Positions 40,879-53,622 of a stretch of DNA of 64,000 nt are shown piece by piece. Made by a program: the position numbers and the translations under genes. The stretch lies in the NCBI GenBank assembly GCA_002633005.1, contig NMRA01000169.1, forward strand, positions 537,387 through 601,386, given 5' to 3'. The DNA comes from Phoronis australis (Eukaryota > Animalia > Phoronida). Position 1 is the stretch's first letter; every line of letters starts with the position of its first letter. The notes beneath the pieces are model-generated. The model had not been told where the DNA came from and searched no databases. It saw only the letters and a list, made by a program, of their open reading frames with translations.

Positions 40879-41984
40879 GTTCCCCCTGTCATGACATCTA
40901 ATTCAGTTAACTGAAAAACTGACTGGTCATGAAGTCATGATGGAAAACTGCTGTCGCTGAATTTCTCTTCTGCCCACCCGCCATGTTTGGTTAATTCTGG
41001 GTCATTTTGTCCGAGTGCTTTTTGTCTCTTATTGTATGCTGAAATTCCTTTGATTCCATCGTTAGCTTGAACTCATGTATGAATTTTTTACTATTTTTAA
41101 TTTAATGAAAAGTACAATGAGTTGTTAAATTTCTTTCACAAGCATACTCACGCTCACTCATGGGCCCTCCGTAGACTTGCATACTTATTGGTGGATTAGC
41201 AAGTAAAAGATTCCTATGAGTCCTCCTATTGTTAAGATTACATTGTTCTCAGTTTTTGTGTTTTGAAGTATTCAAAAATTTCTGGTTCTTTTTGAGTTTT
41301 TGTCAGAAGATTAAAGATTTATTGATGTCCGGCGATACAAATGATGGTAAAATACTTAACCAATGAAATGATATTTACCAAAAATTAAATGTATCAATTT
41401 ACTCTTCAATTAAATGAAAACTTTACCAACTTCCTTGTTACTTAATCATCAAAGAAATATGATTACTGTTGACTCAGAAACAGCAGAGGTCAGCAGCATC
41501 TCTGCCCTTGTTCACCCAGCACCTCCTTAACTAGTGAACTTGTCAATAATCATGTTGAATAGGCTCTGATATCTTGTGATAAGCTTGGTATCATCTGCTA
41601 AGCCATTGTGGTGATTATCAGTCGCCACCTCTTCGCTCGTTAAACGCTAATTATATCAGTGAGGTGACATGGTTGTGTGGCAGGATATCTGTGAGAGACA
41701 CTCATTCACACATGTACTCACACGGACGGACGGACGCAGTGCAGGATTTACCCGGGTCTCGTGACGTCTGGCATTGTACCAGTCTGATATGTGTACAGAC
41801 AACATCCATTCTGAACCACGTCTGTCCCATTTTTGAATCCTGTGTCGTTGGACTCATCCCTGGCGAAGTCCTTTGTTGACAGAATCCTTGCCGTAAAGAC
41901 AAGTCTGGACTGAACTGTTTTCTTCATCATTGTCACCGTTGTTGGTGTTGTTGTTCTTGTTGAGTCGTCGGTTTTGCAAGGATA

Positions 41985-42080
41985 ATGGCATATGAAATGC
42001 AAGAGCTATCGGATACTGCATCCATATTGTCTGCCAAGTCGAGCTCTCGTTGGCAGTTTGTACGCCTTCTTTGTTGCCAG
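41985..42080 (+). CDS. Candidate alternative first exon (MAYEMQELSDTASILSAKSSSRWQFVRLLCCQ)
   Basis: ataATGg Kozak context; exactly 32 codons to donor CAG|GTAAAG at 42080/42081; phase 0 matches exon 56358; preceded by a CpG-richer, promoter/UTR-like stretch (about 41620-41980). Confidence 0.55.
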
Positions 42081-42780
42081 GTAAAGAAACTGTAATGCAG
42101 TTTATTTGTTCTTAAGGAGTTTTTGGCTTCACTTTGCATGATATTTGCTTGAAGTAAAATATCACCAATTCGGTCAAAATAGCATCGATATTTTTCATTT
42201 TCAAAGTTTTCTATCAGTTGTGACTTTGCGCAGTTTCTCAAAAAAAAAATTATGTGAATGTAGCTATGGTAGTCATCTTAAAAATGATAAAGCATTTATT
42301 ATTTTGACAAACAATTATAACATTTTGGTATTCACCACGTCTAGTTTCTGTACTGGAAACTCCACTTGAAAATTGAGCAACTTTGTGTCAGACTTCGGTT
42401 AACTAAGGAAATTTGTACTGGAATCATGTAACGTGATTGTTCAGTTTTTGAGTCTCAGTCGACACCCAAGTTAGATAAAACCCATGACCCACCAGTGATG
42501 AATTAGCAAAGTTGTTTTCTCATCTCCTTGTTACCTAGACTTTGTTTATGGAATTTTTTGGGGGGTTACTACATACTTGTAAATACTTAGGGAATTTCTC
42601 TAAGGTTTGTCTTTCTTGAAGTTATGTTCAGTTATTATTTTTTGAAAGATTACAGTCTGCACAAGATCTTTGATGATGCAAAATTTTGTTTTGCAAAACT
42701 CACCGCATTGAATATGATTTTGTGACTGGTTTTAAATTAATAAATTGTTATTGGGAAGTAAAGTTTTTCATTTATTTGCC

Positions 42781-42852
42781 ATGGTGACCCCTAGAGTTAT
42801 GGTGACCCTTAGAGTTATGGTGACCCCTAGAGTTATGGTGACCCCTGGAGTT
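42781..42852. repeat. Minisatellite, 18-bp unit x4
   Basis: atggtgacccctagagtt four times with two substitutions. Confidence 0.95.
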
Positions 42853-42995
42853 GATTGTTGAAGTTCTTCATGTATTTTCCAAAAACTAAATCAAATCGAT
42901 GCTGGACTGTCGTGCAGTTACCGACAGATAAGAGTATAAAATAGAAAAAATTGTAAAAATGAAACCACGAGCATGAGTACTACCATATATTGTAA

Positions 42996-43153
42996 TATTC
43001 CCCACGTTTCGAGCGATGCGCTTTTTATCAAGGGTATGGCATAGACTGCCAAATGGGTGGATAAGGTCACTTGTTCGATTTTATATATCCATCTGTTCGG
43101 CAGTCTGTGTCATTCCCGCGATAAAGAGCGATTTGCTCGAAACGTGGGGAATA
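42996..43153. mobile_element. Inverted repeat (about 65-70 bp arms); each arm carries a degenerate minimal type I hammerhead-like motif; probable Penelope-like element end
   Basis: Plus 43112-43152: ATTCCC-GCGATAA-A-GAGC-GATTT-GCTC-GAAAC-GT-G-GGGAAT. Minus 43037-42997: ATACCC-TTGATAA-A-AAGC-GCATC-GCTC-GAAAC-GT-G-GGGAAT. AATAAA follows the plus-strand copy. Weaker symmetry extends to about 42935-43250. Confidence 0.6.
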
Positions 43154-44553
43154 CTTTAATAAATTTTAGAACCGATGCTCGTCGCTTTATTTTTACTAAT
43201 TTTACTTCTTTGTTTCCAAAAAACTCACCGTCGTTTTTTCTATTTTCTATTGAATAATGTACTTTGCCAACTGTTGTATTTATTACAGATATCTGGTGTA
43301 TTTCCTACCTCATAAATGTAAATGTACTATCAAAGACTATTAATGTTGGTGACCTGTTTGGTAATAAGTTCTTGGAATCGTCTCCCTCGTGTAGTGCACA
43401 TCCCTGTTAAACGCTAGTGTAAAATACACAATATCTGCATAAACTGTCCTATGGGCCTTGTCACACTGAGGTCATTTCTCATTTCGTTTCTCAAGACTTT
43501 TGACACAGCATGCTAAAACTGATTGGGAACCATGGGAGGCACTTGTTATACTCTGTGTAAGAGCCGCGTATCCGGTGAAATTCTTGTTTTTGTTCGAAGT
43601 TATCTGTTCTACCCAACCCCAGCTCGTTACATCAGGATTTTAGGATGGATTCGGACATTTTGAGGTGGGATTTAGTGTGATGCATCCCTGATGCATTGAC
43701 AGCTCAATTTCTTAATCCTCGTCAAAATTGCTGCCGCTATCCACAGTCTACATAATAGTTCTAGGCTGGCATTGTTTGATGCAGTCAGAGTAGGGTGCAA
43801 GAGATTGGTAGCGCCCTCTTTTGATTACGTGTAAAGAAAAGGCATATCTAGTCACTAGCACGGATGTTCAATAAGGGTTCCACGTAACTGTGACTATAAG
43901 CTGTTTAGGTGGCTGGTTGTTTCGCTAGCACCACCACGGGAGTTTTCTACTTAACTCTGAGTCTATGGCTCCCTATTCATAACTGCAGGTTGACTGAAAC
44001 ATCTATCAGTTCCCTGTGCTCGATAATATCAAGTAGCAAGTTGGTATGCTCATGTTCAAACAGGATATGGTTCAAATTCTGGTTTACAGATGGCAAAGTG
44101 GTAATATTTCCTAATCATAATTTACAAGCAAGAACAGTAAAATCTCACGGACAAGCGTAACTGTCAAATTGCCATTTTTCATTTTTCAACAGTTTCTGGC
44201 ATTGTTAATACCTACATTTTTAAAATCCTGAACATGAAAATGCGATTAGTGTGGTGCTGCATATGTTTCAGGGAAAAATTTCACTTGTCTGCGAGATTGT
44301 GCCATAAATGAGAGTATCGGTGTAATGTGCATATCTGTTGAGGGTGATGTTACTATTTATTGGGTTACATCCAGGCAACCAGTACATTATGTGGAACTAC
44401 ACTTCCTGTCCATTGTGGTTTAAATTTAAGTATATTTCGTTTTTTGTTTCATTTCTTTAAAAAAATTGTCATACACTACTTATAGGATTTTGATTTGTGG
44501 TTCTTCTTTATAAATTGGATACGATGCATATTATCCCTTAATTCAACAGTGCA

Positions 44554-44631
44554 GCCTCAGCCACTGGCCTCACCCACTGGCCTCATCCACCGGCCTCATC
44601 CACCGGCCTCACCCATCCGCCTCACCCACCG
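44554..44631. repeat. Minisatellite, 13-bp unit x6
   Basis: gcctca(c/t/g)cca(c/t)(t/c)(g/c) six times. Confidence 0.9.
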
Positions 44632-47462
44632 AGCGTACTCGGGAAATACTCCCCTTTCGTATGATTTTACGTGATCTCGCGTTTTGCTTTAGTTTCTGGT
44701 GCACTGGACAACCTTAGACTGGTGCAACTGTTTACTCATTGTTTACAATGTGAAAATCACACTTCCTTGGTAGAATTCTTTTAGTCAAGTGACCATCTGC
44801 CCCTGCTGACAGTGCAACTGGAGTTGACTAGTGATGTCATCACATGAACTTTTGCCACTGGTTGCTTGTCTTGTGACACTTTCACAACCCTGTAAGAATT
44901 GTCCTTGTTGTTCATGTTATTGTTTTGTGTTGTGATATCAATGTCCCTGATATCTTTGACTGATCATGCTATCAAAGCAAGTGCATTTTAGTTGGGTAGT
45001 TAGTTTCAAGTGTTATGAAAGGTTGGTGCAATACTTGAAGTGTATAATAAACATTACAGTAAGCACCATCACCACTGTGACCCACAACAACACTCACAAT
45101 TTCGTCAACAGCTGCATTAACAATTATTCTCTATAATCATATTTTACATGCCAATTGCATGTGACAGGATTTGTAAGCCATGTTTATTGTGTGTGCAAAG
45201 CACTTTATGATTTCAAGCAACATTAAAACTCTTCTTTTTCAATTTGCCACCATTTGTCTCTTACCCTTCAAGTGTCGCTCGTGCGCCATTATCAGAAAAA
45301 TTTGATTGAGTCTTGTTTTTCATTGCTTTTTTATCAATGCATTTCCATCTAATTGCTATCAACGAGAACTATTGTCAACAAATTATCAGTAATAGCTCAT
45401 TTGAATTAGGTTCCAACCTGGACATACTTACTGTTCATATGACTTTTTGCAGACTTACATCCAGTTTCCAAGAAGTCATGGTACCATTTGGCAGTGTCTG
45501 TAACGCGATACTCAAGCGGAACGGTTATTTCGAATTTTTGTAATACAGCAGCTGTTTACTGTGTTTCTTCCGAGAAGCCATCCCGTCTTCTCCCGGATAT
45601 TTGATTTTGACTTTGATGCACCAACAACGTGCAGTTTTGAATGGTGTGTAGGCGGGAGAATGGTAAATTAATTGGATATGGTAGGAGTTAAGACACCATC
45701 TGGGAAGGGCTTTTGACTGGATTCAGTGACTTGCAAGGTTTAGAGTGATTGATGGTTGTTATGTCTTTTCTGGAGACATTTTGACTGTTTTCTGGTCATT
45801 GTCTACAGTCTTACTTGTTGTTGGATTTTGAAAGAATGGATATGTTATGTTAGTTGGCCTAGGATAGTTGGATTTTCGTCAGCTGATTTCTCGGTCTTCT
45901 AGAAAGATCTGCATGATCACAGTAGAAGAAGCAGTTGGGTTTTGTGGAACTAGGCATAAGGATCGATTTAATCTTCATTAGGATTGTAAAGACCCTCCTC
46001 TGCACTGTATTAGTGGAACTGTTGTCCTTGAACCTTGTTTGACTGTTGTGTGGATGATTCTGTAGCCAGTTCCATTCCATGTGTCTCCTGGGGCCAACTC
46101 TTCTCAGATGTCATTCAGTTCAGTCGACAACAACATGGAGAAGATTCCTCGCGATTAACCCTTGTGGAACCATTAAAGAAAGCTTGACAAACAACAAGTT
46201 CACGTTTGTCCCTCGTCAGTCTGGAGATGTTCAAGACATCATTTAGAGACGTTTACTTTACCTCTGTGTAATAAGAAGTATTAAGAGCCGGGACATACAT
46301 GTGGACTTTGATTCATACATGTTCGGCAGTTAAGTGCGAGAGTGGTTTTGTTTTGGTGTGAATAGGTTTGCGTGATAACTGTCTGACATATGCATCAACA
46401 GTTAATATAAGTTTTCCATTCCGGTTTCCTATCTTCTCTACATGGCTTCCTGGGAGAGGAAGAACATGTACCTTTTAGTTTGAAAGGTGTCAACATCTGA
46501 ATGGACAATTAGCGCAATTGTTATGTAAGGCATTGATTACGTTGATAGACTGCCTTGTGGGCGTGGTCATCTGTGAGACCTTCGCTGATGGACCACAACA
46601 TAGTGTGGGAGTAATATGAGAGATACTTGATGTCTCAGTCCTCTTCATGCCACAGGTTGTCAATCTGTTTTTATGGAATCGGAAAGTCTGGAACAGGCAA
46701 TTTTTTCCTGAAAACACTGTATACTTATTTCCAGGATTTGAGAGATTACGATAGCGTTATTTATGAATCTGCCTAAAACTGTTCATGTATTGTTGACAAA
46801 TCCACTGGTCTTTGTAAGCAGTTAGTTGACTGGAAGCAACCCAGTTGGTTTTTTTTTAGTCTTGACATAAACCATACTGACTATTCTGACAGTTTTAGTG
46901 TACACACTGTGTGTTGACAGCCTTTTCTGCCAGTTTGTACACTGAGATATCCTCCCAGATTTTTTGCTGGTTCCATTTAGTGCTAGTCTAAACTAATGTT
47001 GGCGAACATGGCTTTCAACTGGAATACCAACTTGAGATGCTATCTGTCTCATTTGCCTCCAGTCAGCTGGTTTTAGAAATGGTTTCTGCAACCAGGGTTC
47101 TTTTGTAGAAGGCGGGAGATGAGTTTTACATGTCTGCAAGTGGAATGGAAACTTGTGAATGACTGCAATTTAGGATTTGTGTGAGAACATATGGTATTGG
47201 GTTTAGAGGAGTCACTTCTGATGACAGCTGCGCTGACTGTTTTGCTGCTAATTTTGCTCAAAAGCATCGTCATCAAAGCCTCATTAGCCGCTGTATCCAT
47301 ATTTGTGAGACATATGAAGGTTTCTATTCATTTGACCAGAAACTTACTCCAGTGGAATACACACAGTGGATTTCTTGAAATTGACTGTTTTTTTAAAATG
47401 CTGATGTAAGCTCTTTTGCTGTTGGGAGTTTGTTCTGAGGCCTGCTGCTACACTGGGTGTTT

Positions 47463-47513
47463 ATGATGGAGGCTGTCGTGCATCAGGTGATGGTGTGTGA
47501 GTACATGTTGAAG
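47463..47513 (+). CDS. Candidate alternative first exon (MMEAVVHQVMVCEYMLK)
   Basis: 17 codons ending at a strong donor AAG|GTAAGA (47513/47514); phase 0 matches exon 56358; in-frame TGA upstream. Confidence 0.35.
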
Positions 47514-49163
47514 GTAAGACAATGTGTTTGGACATTTCAGTTCATGTAAAGCTAAACAGGTTAGGCACCTCACCCCTACAGTGGAATGAGTATCCTGATT
47601 GACTGATTGGCCAGTCAGGATACAATGGTATCATTATTAGTTTGACAGTGGCAAACCAATGTTTACATAGTCCAGCTCTCAGTATTGTCTGCTTTCATCT
47701 GATGCTCCTGTAATCCAGCAATTATGTTGTAAACAACCCACCTGACCCTAACTGATATTTAAAAATACTAAATTTGCAAACACTTTCAACAAATGTTGTG
47801 AAGCAAATGTGTTTTGTATGAAATACTTTCACCTAAGAACTTCGAATGGACAAAAACTGCTACTCTCAGAGAAATTAGACTTAATTTTCTCCTGTTGTGT
47901 ACCAACACAAAAGGCTTGCTTGACAAGCTTAATAGAGCGTGATTCTAGATAAGATCATGATAGTGGAAATTTCTTGATTTTTAGTCTACAGAATGGTACA
48001 TAATGGTTGTGACTGATGGAGTTTTCACTGCTAGTGAAGTTGGTTGTTTTCTGTTAATTCGATGTATTATATTTTTTACTATTTTTGATTGATTTTGAAT
48101 TGCTGGACATGATTTTACAATTAGTTTTCACGTTTTGAAGTTTTACAGCAAGCACATCTTCTTAATTCACAAAATAAACGTTGACGAACCCAGGCAGACA
48201 TACCACTTGGGCTTTTCTTGGATCAACGATTTAATTTTACCTCGATTACTGTTAGATAGTGTAAGAGCATGCTACTTTGGGGATTTTTTCAACCTTGTTC
48301 AAGGATTATATCGCGTTCAAACATTTTTGGTTCAATTTTGATTTTAACAGTCTTACCTGCCATTCACGGGTCATTCGACTTTAAATGATCTTTTTGTGAG
48401 CTGTGTGTTCTGTGATAGCTTAACAATTCCACAGCCAAGTTTTTTTCGTTCTGCAGTTCACAGTGCCAAATAGATTTTGAGGATAGGTATCTCAAAGTGG
48501 GTGAAATCACTAAAAAGGCTATTTGTCAGTGGATTGTTATTTCCAGGTTAAAATGTACACACATTGTTTTATGGTATTCTAAAATTATGATGTCATGCGT
48601 TGGGGGCAGGTATTTGCCAGGTAGAGTATTCAAGATTTTAGATGCAAAAATAATGTCGGGGGCCCTTGCTCACCTGAGGGAAAGTTGCCTGTGCCTTCTG
48701 AGAGGGGATTTTTTTGTTGGGGGGGGGGGGGGATTCCCCGCCACCCTTCATCAGCAAATGCCTCAAATCTGAATCCCTTGGACCTGCTAGGTGAATTTCA
48801 CGTGATTTTGAAATATTTTTCATAGATGTATCACTGGCCCTGACAATCAATGGTCAATGAAGAGTTTTGGTTGAAATTCACACCAGCTGGCTTTGGTGCT
48901 TGTCTCGTCTCATGCATGCTGTTTCAAATGCGGATCCTGAATCAGAATCGTTTTGAATTTGAGTGAATAAACCTCATTGATGGAGAGTTAAGAGGTCATT
49001 ACTTCAATAGCAATTTTACAAGTAAGCGATGAGCCGAAATTTCTTCATAAATTTGAGAGAATTCGACAAACCAGACTTTCGTTCAGGATTTGATATCACT
49101 ATTCCTGTCTCCTGCCAAAGTCATCTCGCATGAAGTCTAAGATTAATTATGTCAATAATGGGA

Positions 49164-51101
49164 AAGTACCCAACTCGCCATTTGCCGCTCAGTCAGTGAC
49201 ACTAACTCACTGAAAGGCAGCGTGGCAATGAAACAGTTTGTGTAACTAGAGAAGGGCTCTGTTAATATTAAACTTTACTTGGTAAACCAATGAAACATGG
49301 ACAATCTGACCTTGTTTTGAATTAATAATAAACTGGGCAATTCCAGCAGTGTGAGGTAGTAAAATGGCCTCTGTTCTAAGTTTTGTCTCTCTTGCAACAA
49401 CAGTAACATCCAAACTATTTGTCTTTCATTGCTCACAGGTTTGCATACGCATTTGAATCCATGTGCAACAAATGTGTTTTCTCAGGTGTATTACTGTGTC
49501 TACTATCTATGCTTGTAATTACACCAATCCTAACACTGTAGCATTGCGCCCTCGCCTGTTTTATGATCTATGCAACACGGCAGGGGCCCTGGGGCTAAAT
49601 TTTTACAAATGAATTGACTTCTGCTTAAATTTCCAGCTCTGGAGGGACCTGTCTGATATTACTGTCTGCAGTCTACTGTCTGCAACCCGTAATTTTTAGT
49701 AGAGAACAGGTACCTCTGTAATCGTTTGCCTACAACTAGTAATAACAGGGATGAGATATAGTGTTTAGTAGAAAGGTATCATTGTATCTGTTTTCGTATT
49801 TTACGTTCAATATTTCTTGTGAATTATTTTTAGTTGTGTAATGTGATCCAATCATGGTATTGACTGGAATATCCAGTTTGTTTCACCTGCCTGTGGTGTA
49901 GTGGTGTGACATACTGTTCTAGATTGTGGAAATGAATTTCTAGTGTCAGGATAGGCAGTTTGCTTTGGGTATTGTTATATCTTTTGTTGGACACTTGTTG
50001 AAAATTGAAAAAACCCTGAATTTCAGGCACAGATGAAATTGTTGATATTGAACAATTGTTGTCTTTAAACTTAAGCAATGGTAGATATGCTTTTGTATGT
50101 AATATCTCCTTGTCTTTGGTTATTTTTTTTTNAAGTACCCAACTCGCCATTTGCGGCTCAGTCAGTGACACTAACTCACTGAAAGGCAGCGTGGCAATGA
50201 AACAGTTTGTGTAACTAGAGAAGGGCTCTGTTAATATTAAACTTTACTTGGTAAACCAATGAAACATGGACAATCTGACCTTGTTTTGAATTAATAATAA
50301 ACTGGGCAATTCCAGCAGTGTGAAGTAGTAAAATGGCCTCTGTTCTTCTAAGTTTTGTCTCTCTTGCAACAACAGTAACATCCAAACTATTTGTCTTTCA
50401 TTGCTCACAGGTTTGCATACGCATTTGAATCCATGTGCAACAAATGTGTTTTCTCAGGTGTATTACTGTGTCTACTATCTATGCATGTAATTACCCCAAT
50501 CCTAACTGTAGCATTGCACCCCCGCCTGTTTTGTGATCTATGCAACACGGCAGGGGCCCTGGGGCTAAATTTTTACAAATGAATTGACTTCTGCTTAAAT
50601 TTCCAGCTCTGGAGGGACCTGTCTGATATTACTGTCTGCAGTCTACTGTCTGCAACCTGTAATTTTTAGTAGAGAACAGGTACCTCTGTAATCGTTTGCC
50701 TACAACTTGTAATAACAGGGATGAGATATAGTGTTTAGTAGAAAGGTATCAATGTATCTGTTTTCGTATTTTACGTTCAATATTTCTTGTGAATTATTTT
50801 TAGTTGTGTAATGTGATCTAATCATGGTATTGACTGGAATATCCAGTTTGTTTCACCTGCCTGTGGTGTAGTGGTGTGACATACTGTTCTAGATTGTGGA
50901 AATGAATTTCTAGTGTCAGGATAGGCAGTTTGCTTTGGGTATTGTTATATCTTTTGTTGGACACTTGTTGAAAATTGAAAAAATCCTGAATTTCAGGCAC
51001 AGATGAAATTGTTGATATTGAACAATTGTTGTCTTTAAACTTAAGCAATGGTAGATATGCTTTTGTATGTAATATCCCCTTGTCTTTGGTTATTTTTTTT
51101 T
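49164..51101. repeat. About 970-bp near-identical tandem pair split by a single n (probable assembly/haplotype overlap)
   Basis: 49164-50131 and 50133-51101 are near-identical with scattered SNPs and small indels; the n at 50132 sits exactly at the junction. Confidence 0.9.
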
Positions 51102-51660
51102 GAAAATTCACCCTTTCTCACAGATTTCTTTGTTCCGTTTTGGTATTTCTCAAATTTATAAACTTTTACAATATCAGTTAAGTGTGTTAAATTTGAAACA
51201 CAAGTGGATTGCAGAATTTTCTAACATATCAGTCTCCATGTAAAAGATAGTAAATGATCAGAAAGATGTAATTCATCGTTAGCATGACTTGTTATTGTAT
51301 CGTATAAGTTACAACTGCCATCTCGTGAAACAGTAGGCAGCTGTAAAAAATGGCAATTTGTGCTTGTTCTTGTGCTAACTCTTTTTTATTGGTGGCTGAT
51401 GTAAGTCCTTTATTGGGTGACTAGAATGGTCATATCTCTCAGCACTCACTGATGCTCAGTGATTTGGATTGAACATTCTGTTACTAGATCCAATGTGTTC
51501 TGGACCTTGATTTTGTTTGATATAGTTGTAATGGGGACCTAACGGCCTGCTATCCTTTGGATTCTAGGCTTGTGATGAGCTATGTGTGGTCTTGTTGAAA
51601 ACAGAAGTCAAATCCTGGAATTTAATTACTTGAGTTAGCCAGGTTGCCTCTGAGATTGCC

Positions 51661-51851
51661 TCCGTCTCTCACGGGACTTCAGCTTCGCTAGTGGTGTTAC
51701 TATCATTCTGGCCAACAGGTGGCGTTTTGACCAGAAGACGCTAGGTGTGACTGTGTCTTGACCTCGATGCCGCGTCATCTAGTTAAAATGCCACCTATTG
51801 GCTAGAACGATAGTAACACCACTAGCCAAGCTAAAGTCCGTGAGAGACGGA
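51661..51851. mobile_element. Palindromic MITE/foldback element, about 80-bp arms and 30-bp spacer
   Basis: 51661-51741 is the imperfect reverse complement of 51772-51851 (tccgtctctcacgg...ccgtgagagacgga). Confidence 0.8.
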
Positions 51852-53622
51852 CGCAGCGTTGCTATAGTTTTTTTATATTTTGATACCTCAACTCTACGTC
51901 TAAAAACTTTCATGCTTTTATCCCTCTTGTAGATGATGATGCTGGGATTGTTGTCTTATAAGGCAAAGTCAAGTGTTACTGGGTTGCCATGTCCACTGTA
52001 AAGATCCCAGCCCCTCCTGGGTGTAGGCAAAAAATAAAGATGTTTTGAACAATTTGTGTACATATTTATTTTGCTTCTTTCTCCTAATGTCTTAGCTGAC
52101 CGCCATGCCTTGGCTAATGTTCCCATCCTGGGTGTAGTCAAATAGTAAACAGACGTATTTCCGATGTTTTGTAAACAATGTTATCTAGCTTCACATTCCA
52201 AATCCTCTTGATCCTGCTTGGGAGGACAAAATTTTTTCAGTGCCAAATGTCTTGGTTATAGTTTTGTTTTCTTCATAACAGGAATATGGTACATTATACT
52301 TTTACTGCAAAATCTCAACAATGTAGGACACACTATGACTGAGAAGTGAAATTTTATTTTCTCATTTCCCTGAAAGATACCAAGCACCAAATTATTGCTT
52401 TCTCATGTTGAAGTTCACCATCAAATAATGTTTTGAAAAACATTTGGCATTCTCAACATTGTAAGAAGCCTTTCAAAAATGAGAAAATGTTAATTTTTGT
52501 CCAAAATTGGTGAAAATTCACTGTAATTCGTAGCCAGCTTCAAAAGTACTGGTTGTGCTTTTAATTTAAATACTGTTATTAAAATTAATTCTAAAATATT
52601 CAAAAAGCAGAAACATAGGTTGTTGAATATAGGACATACAGTGTATTACTCTGTTACACTAGCATACTCCCATGGTGTTTAAAATGGGAATCAAGGGGTG
52701 GACATTAAGTCCTGCATGGATATTGAAAATGAAGGTTAGTGATGGGTGTTGGTGTATTAAGTATGTCAGGATGGTAATGCTTTAATGTTGAGACTCTTGT
52801 TCAAGAGTTTAATAAAACAAGGGAGGGTATGGATATTTTCCAGCCTGAATGAGACACCGAGGTATAACCAGAAGTACCGTATGTCTTGACTACTACTCAA
52901 AGATAATCATTATTCATAGGTAGCTGAAATTCGCTTAAGACAGGCATTCACAAAGACCTACTAACTTTCATATAAATTGTTTGGAATTACCTTGGACTGT
53001 GGGGGGTGGGCATTTTTCCAGACATGTTCTTGTTGAGAAATATTCATAAGGTACATCACATTGTTGTGAACTGTGGTTGACATGGTATTATCATGAAGTT
53101 CACTAGGACAGCTAACAGACTCTCTATGTCATTGCCCCTAGTTATACAGCAATACCACAAACTGCTTATTAATGAATTTGCTTTCATTAGCCATGAAAGT
53201 GCCTCCTGGCACCCGTAGTAAAAACAAACAAGTTTTTTTATAGAGGATGACTGGACTATTTACACCATTAAGCCTCAAGGGATGCTGGAGATATGGTAGA
53301 CTAGTTAATGGAAATTCAACTTCCTGATATCGCTTTTGTTTTTATTTCTTGTGTTCTTGTAAATACCCTTTTCTGAGTATGCCAATATTGGGGGAGCTGC
53401 ATGTTTTGACTTATAAAAGTGACCATTGTGCTTCTTGTTTATCTCTTTGTTAAAGTCTGTCTGTAGTCATTTCCTTCCATGAGAAGCTCCTTTTCTTCAT
53501 TGGTCAGTTACAATGATCAGTGAACCTGGTGCTAGGGGTGAGTGGTGTCTGACCCAGGTGTAGTCCCCCTATTGTCTCTTGGAATACACCATTGGTGTGA
53601 CCATTGTCCAGTTGAGAAAAAT

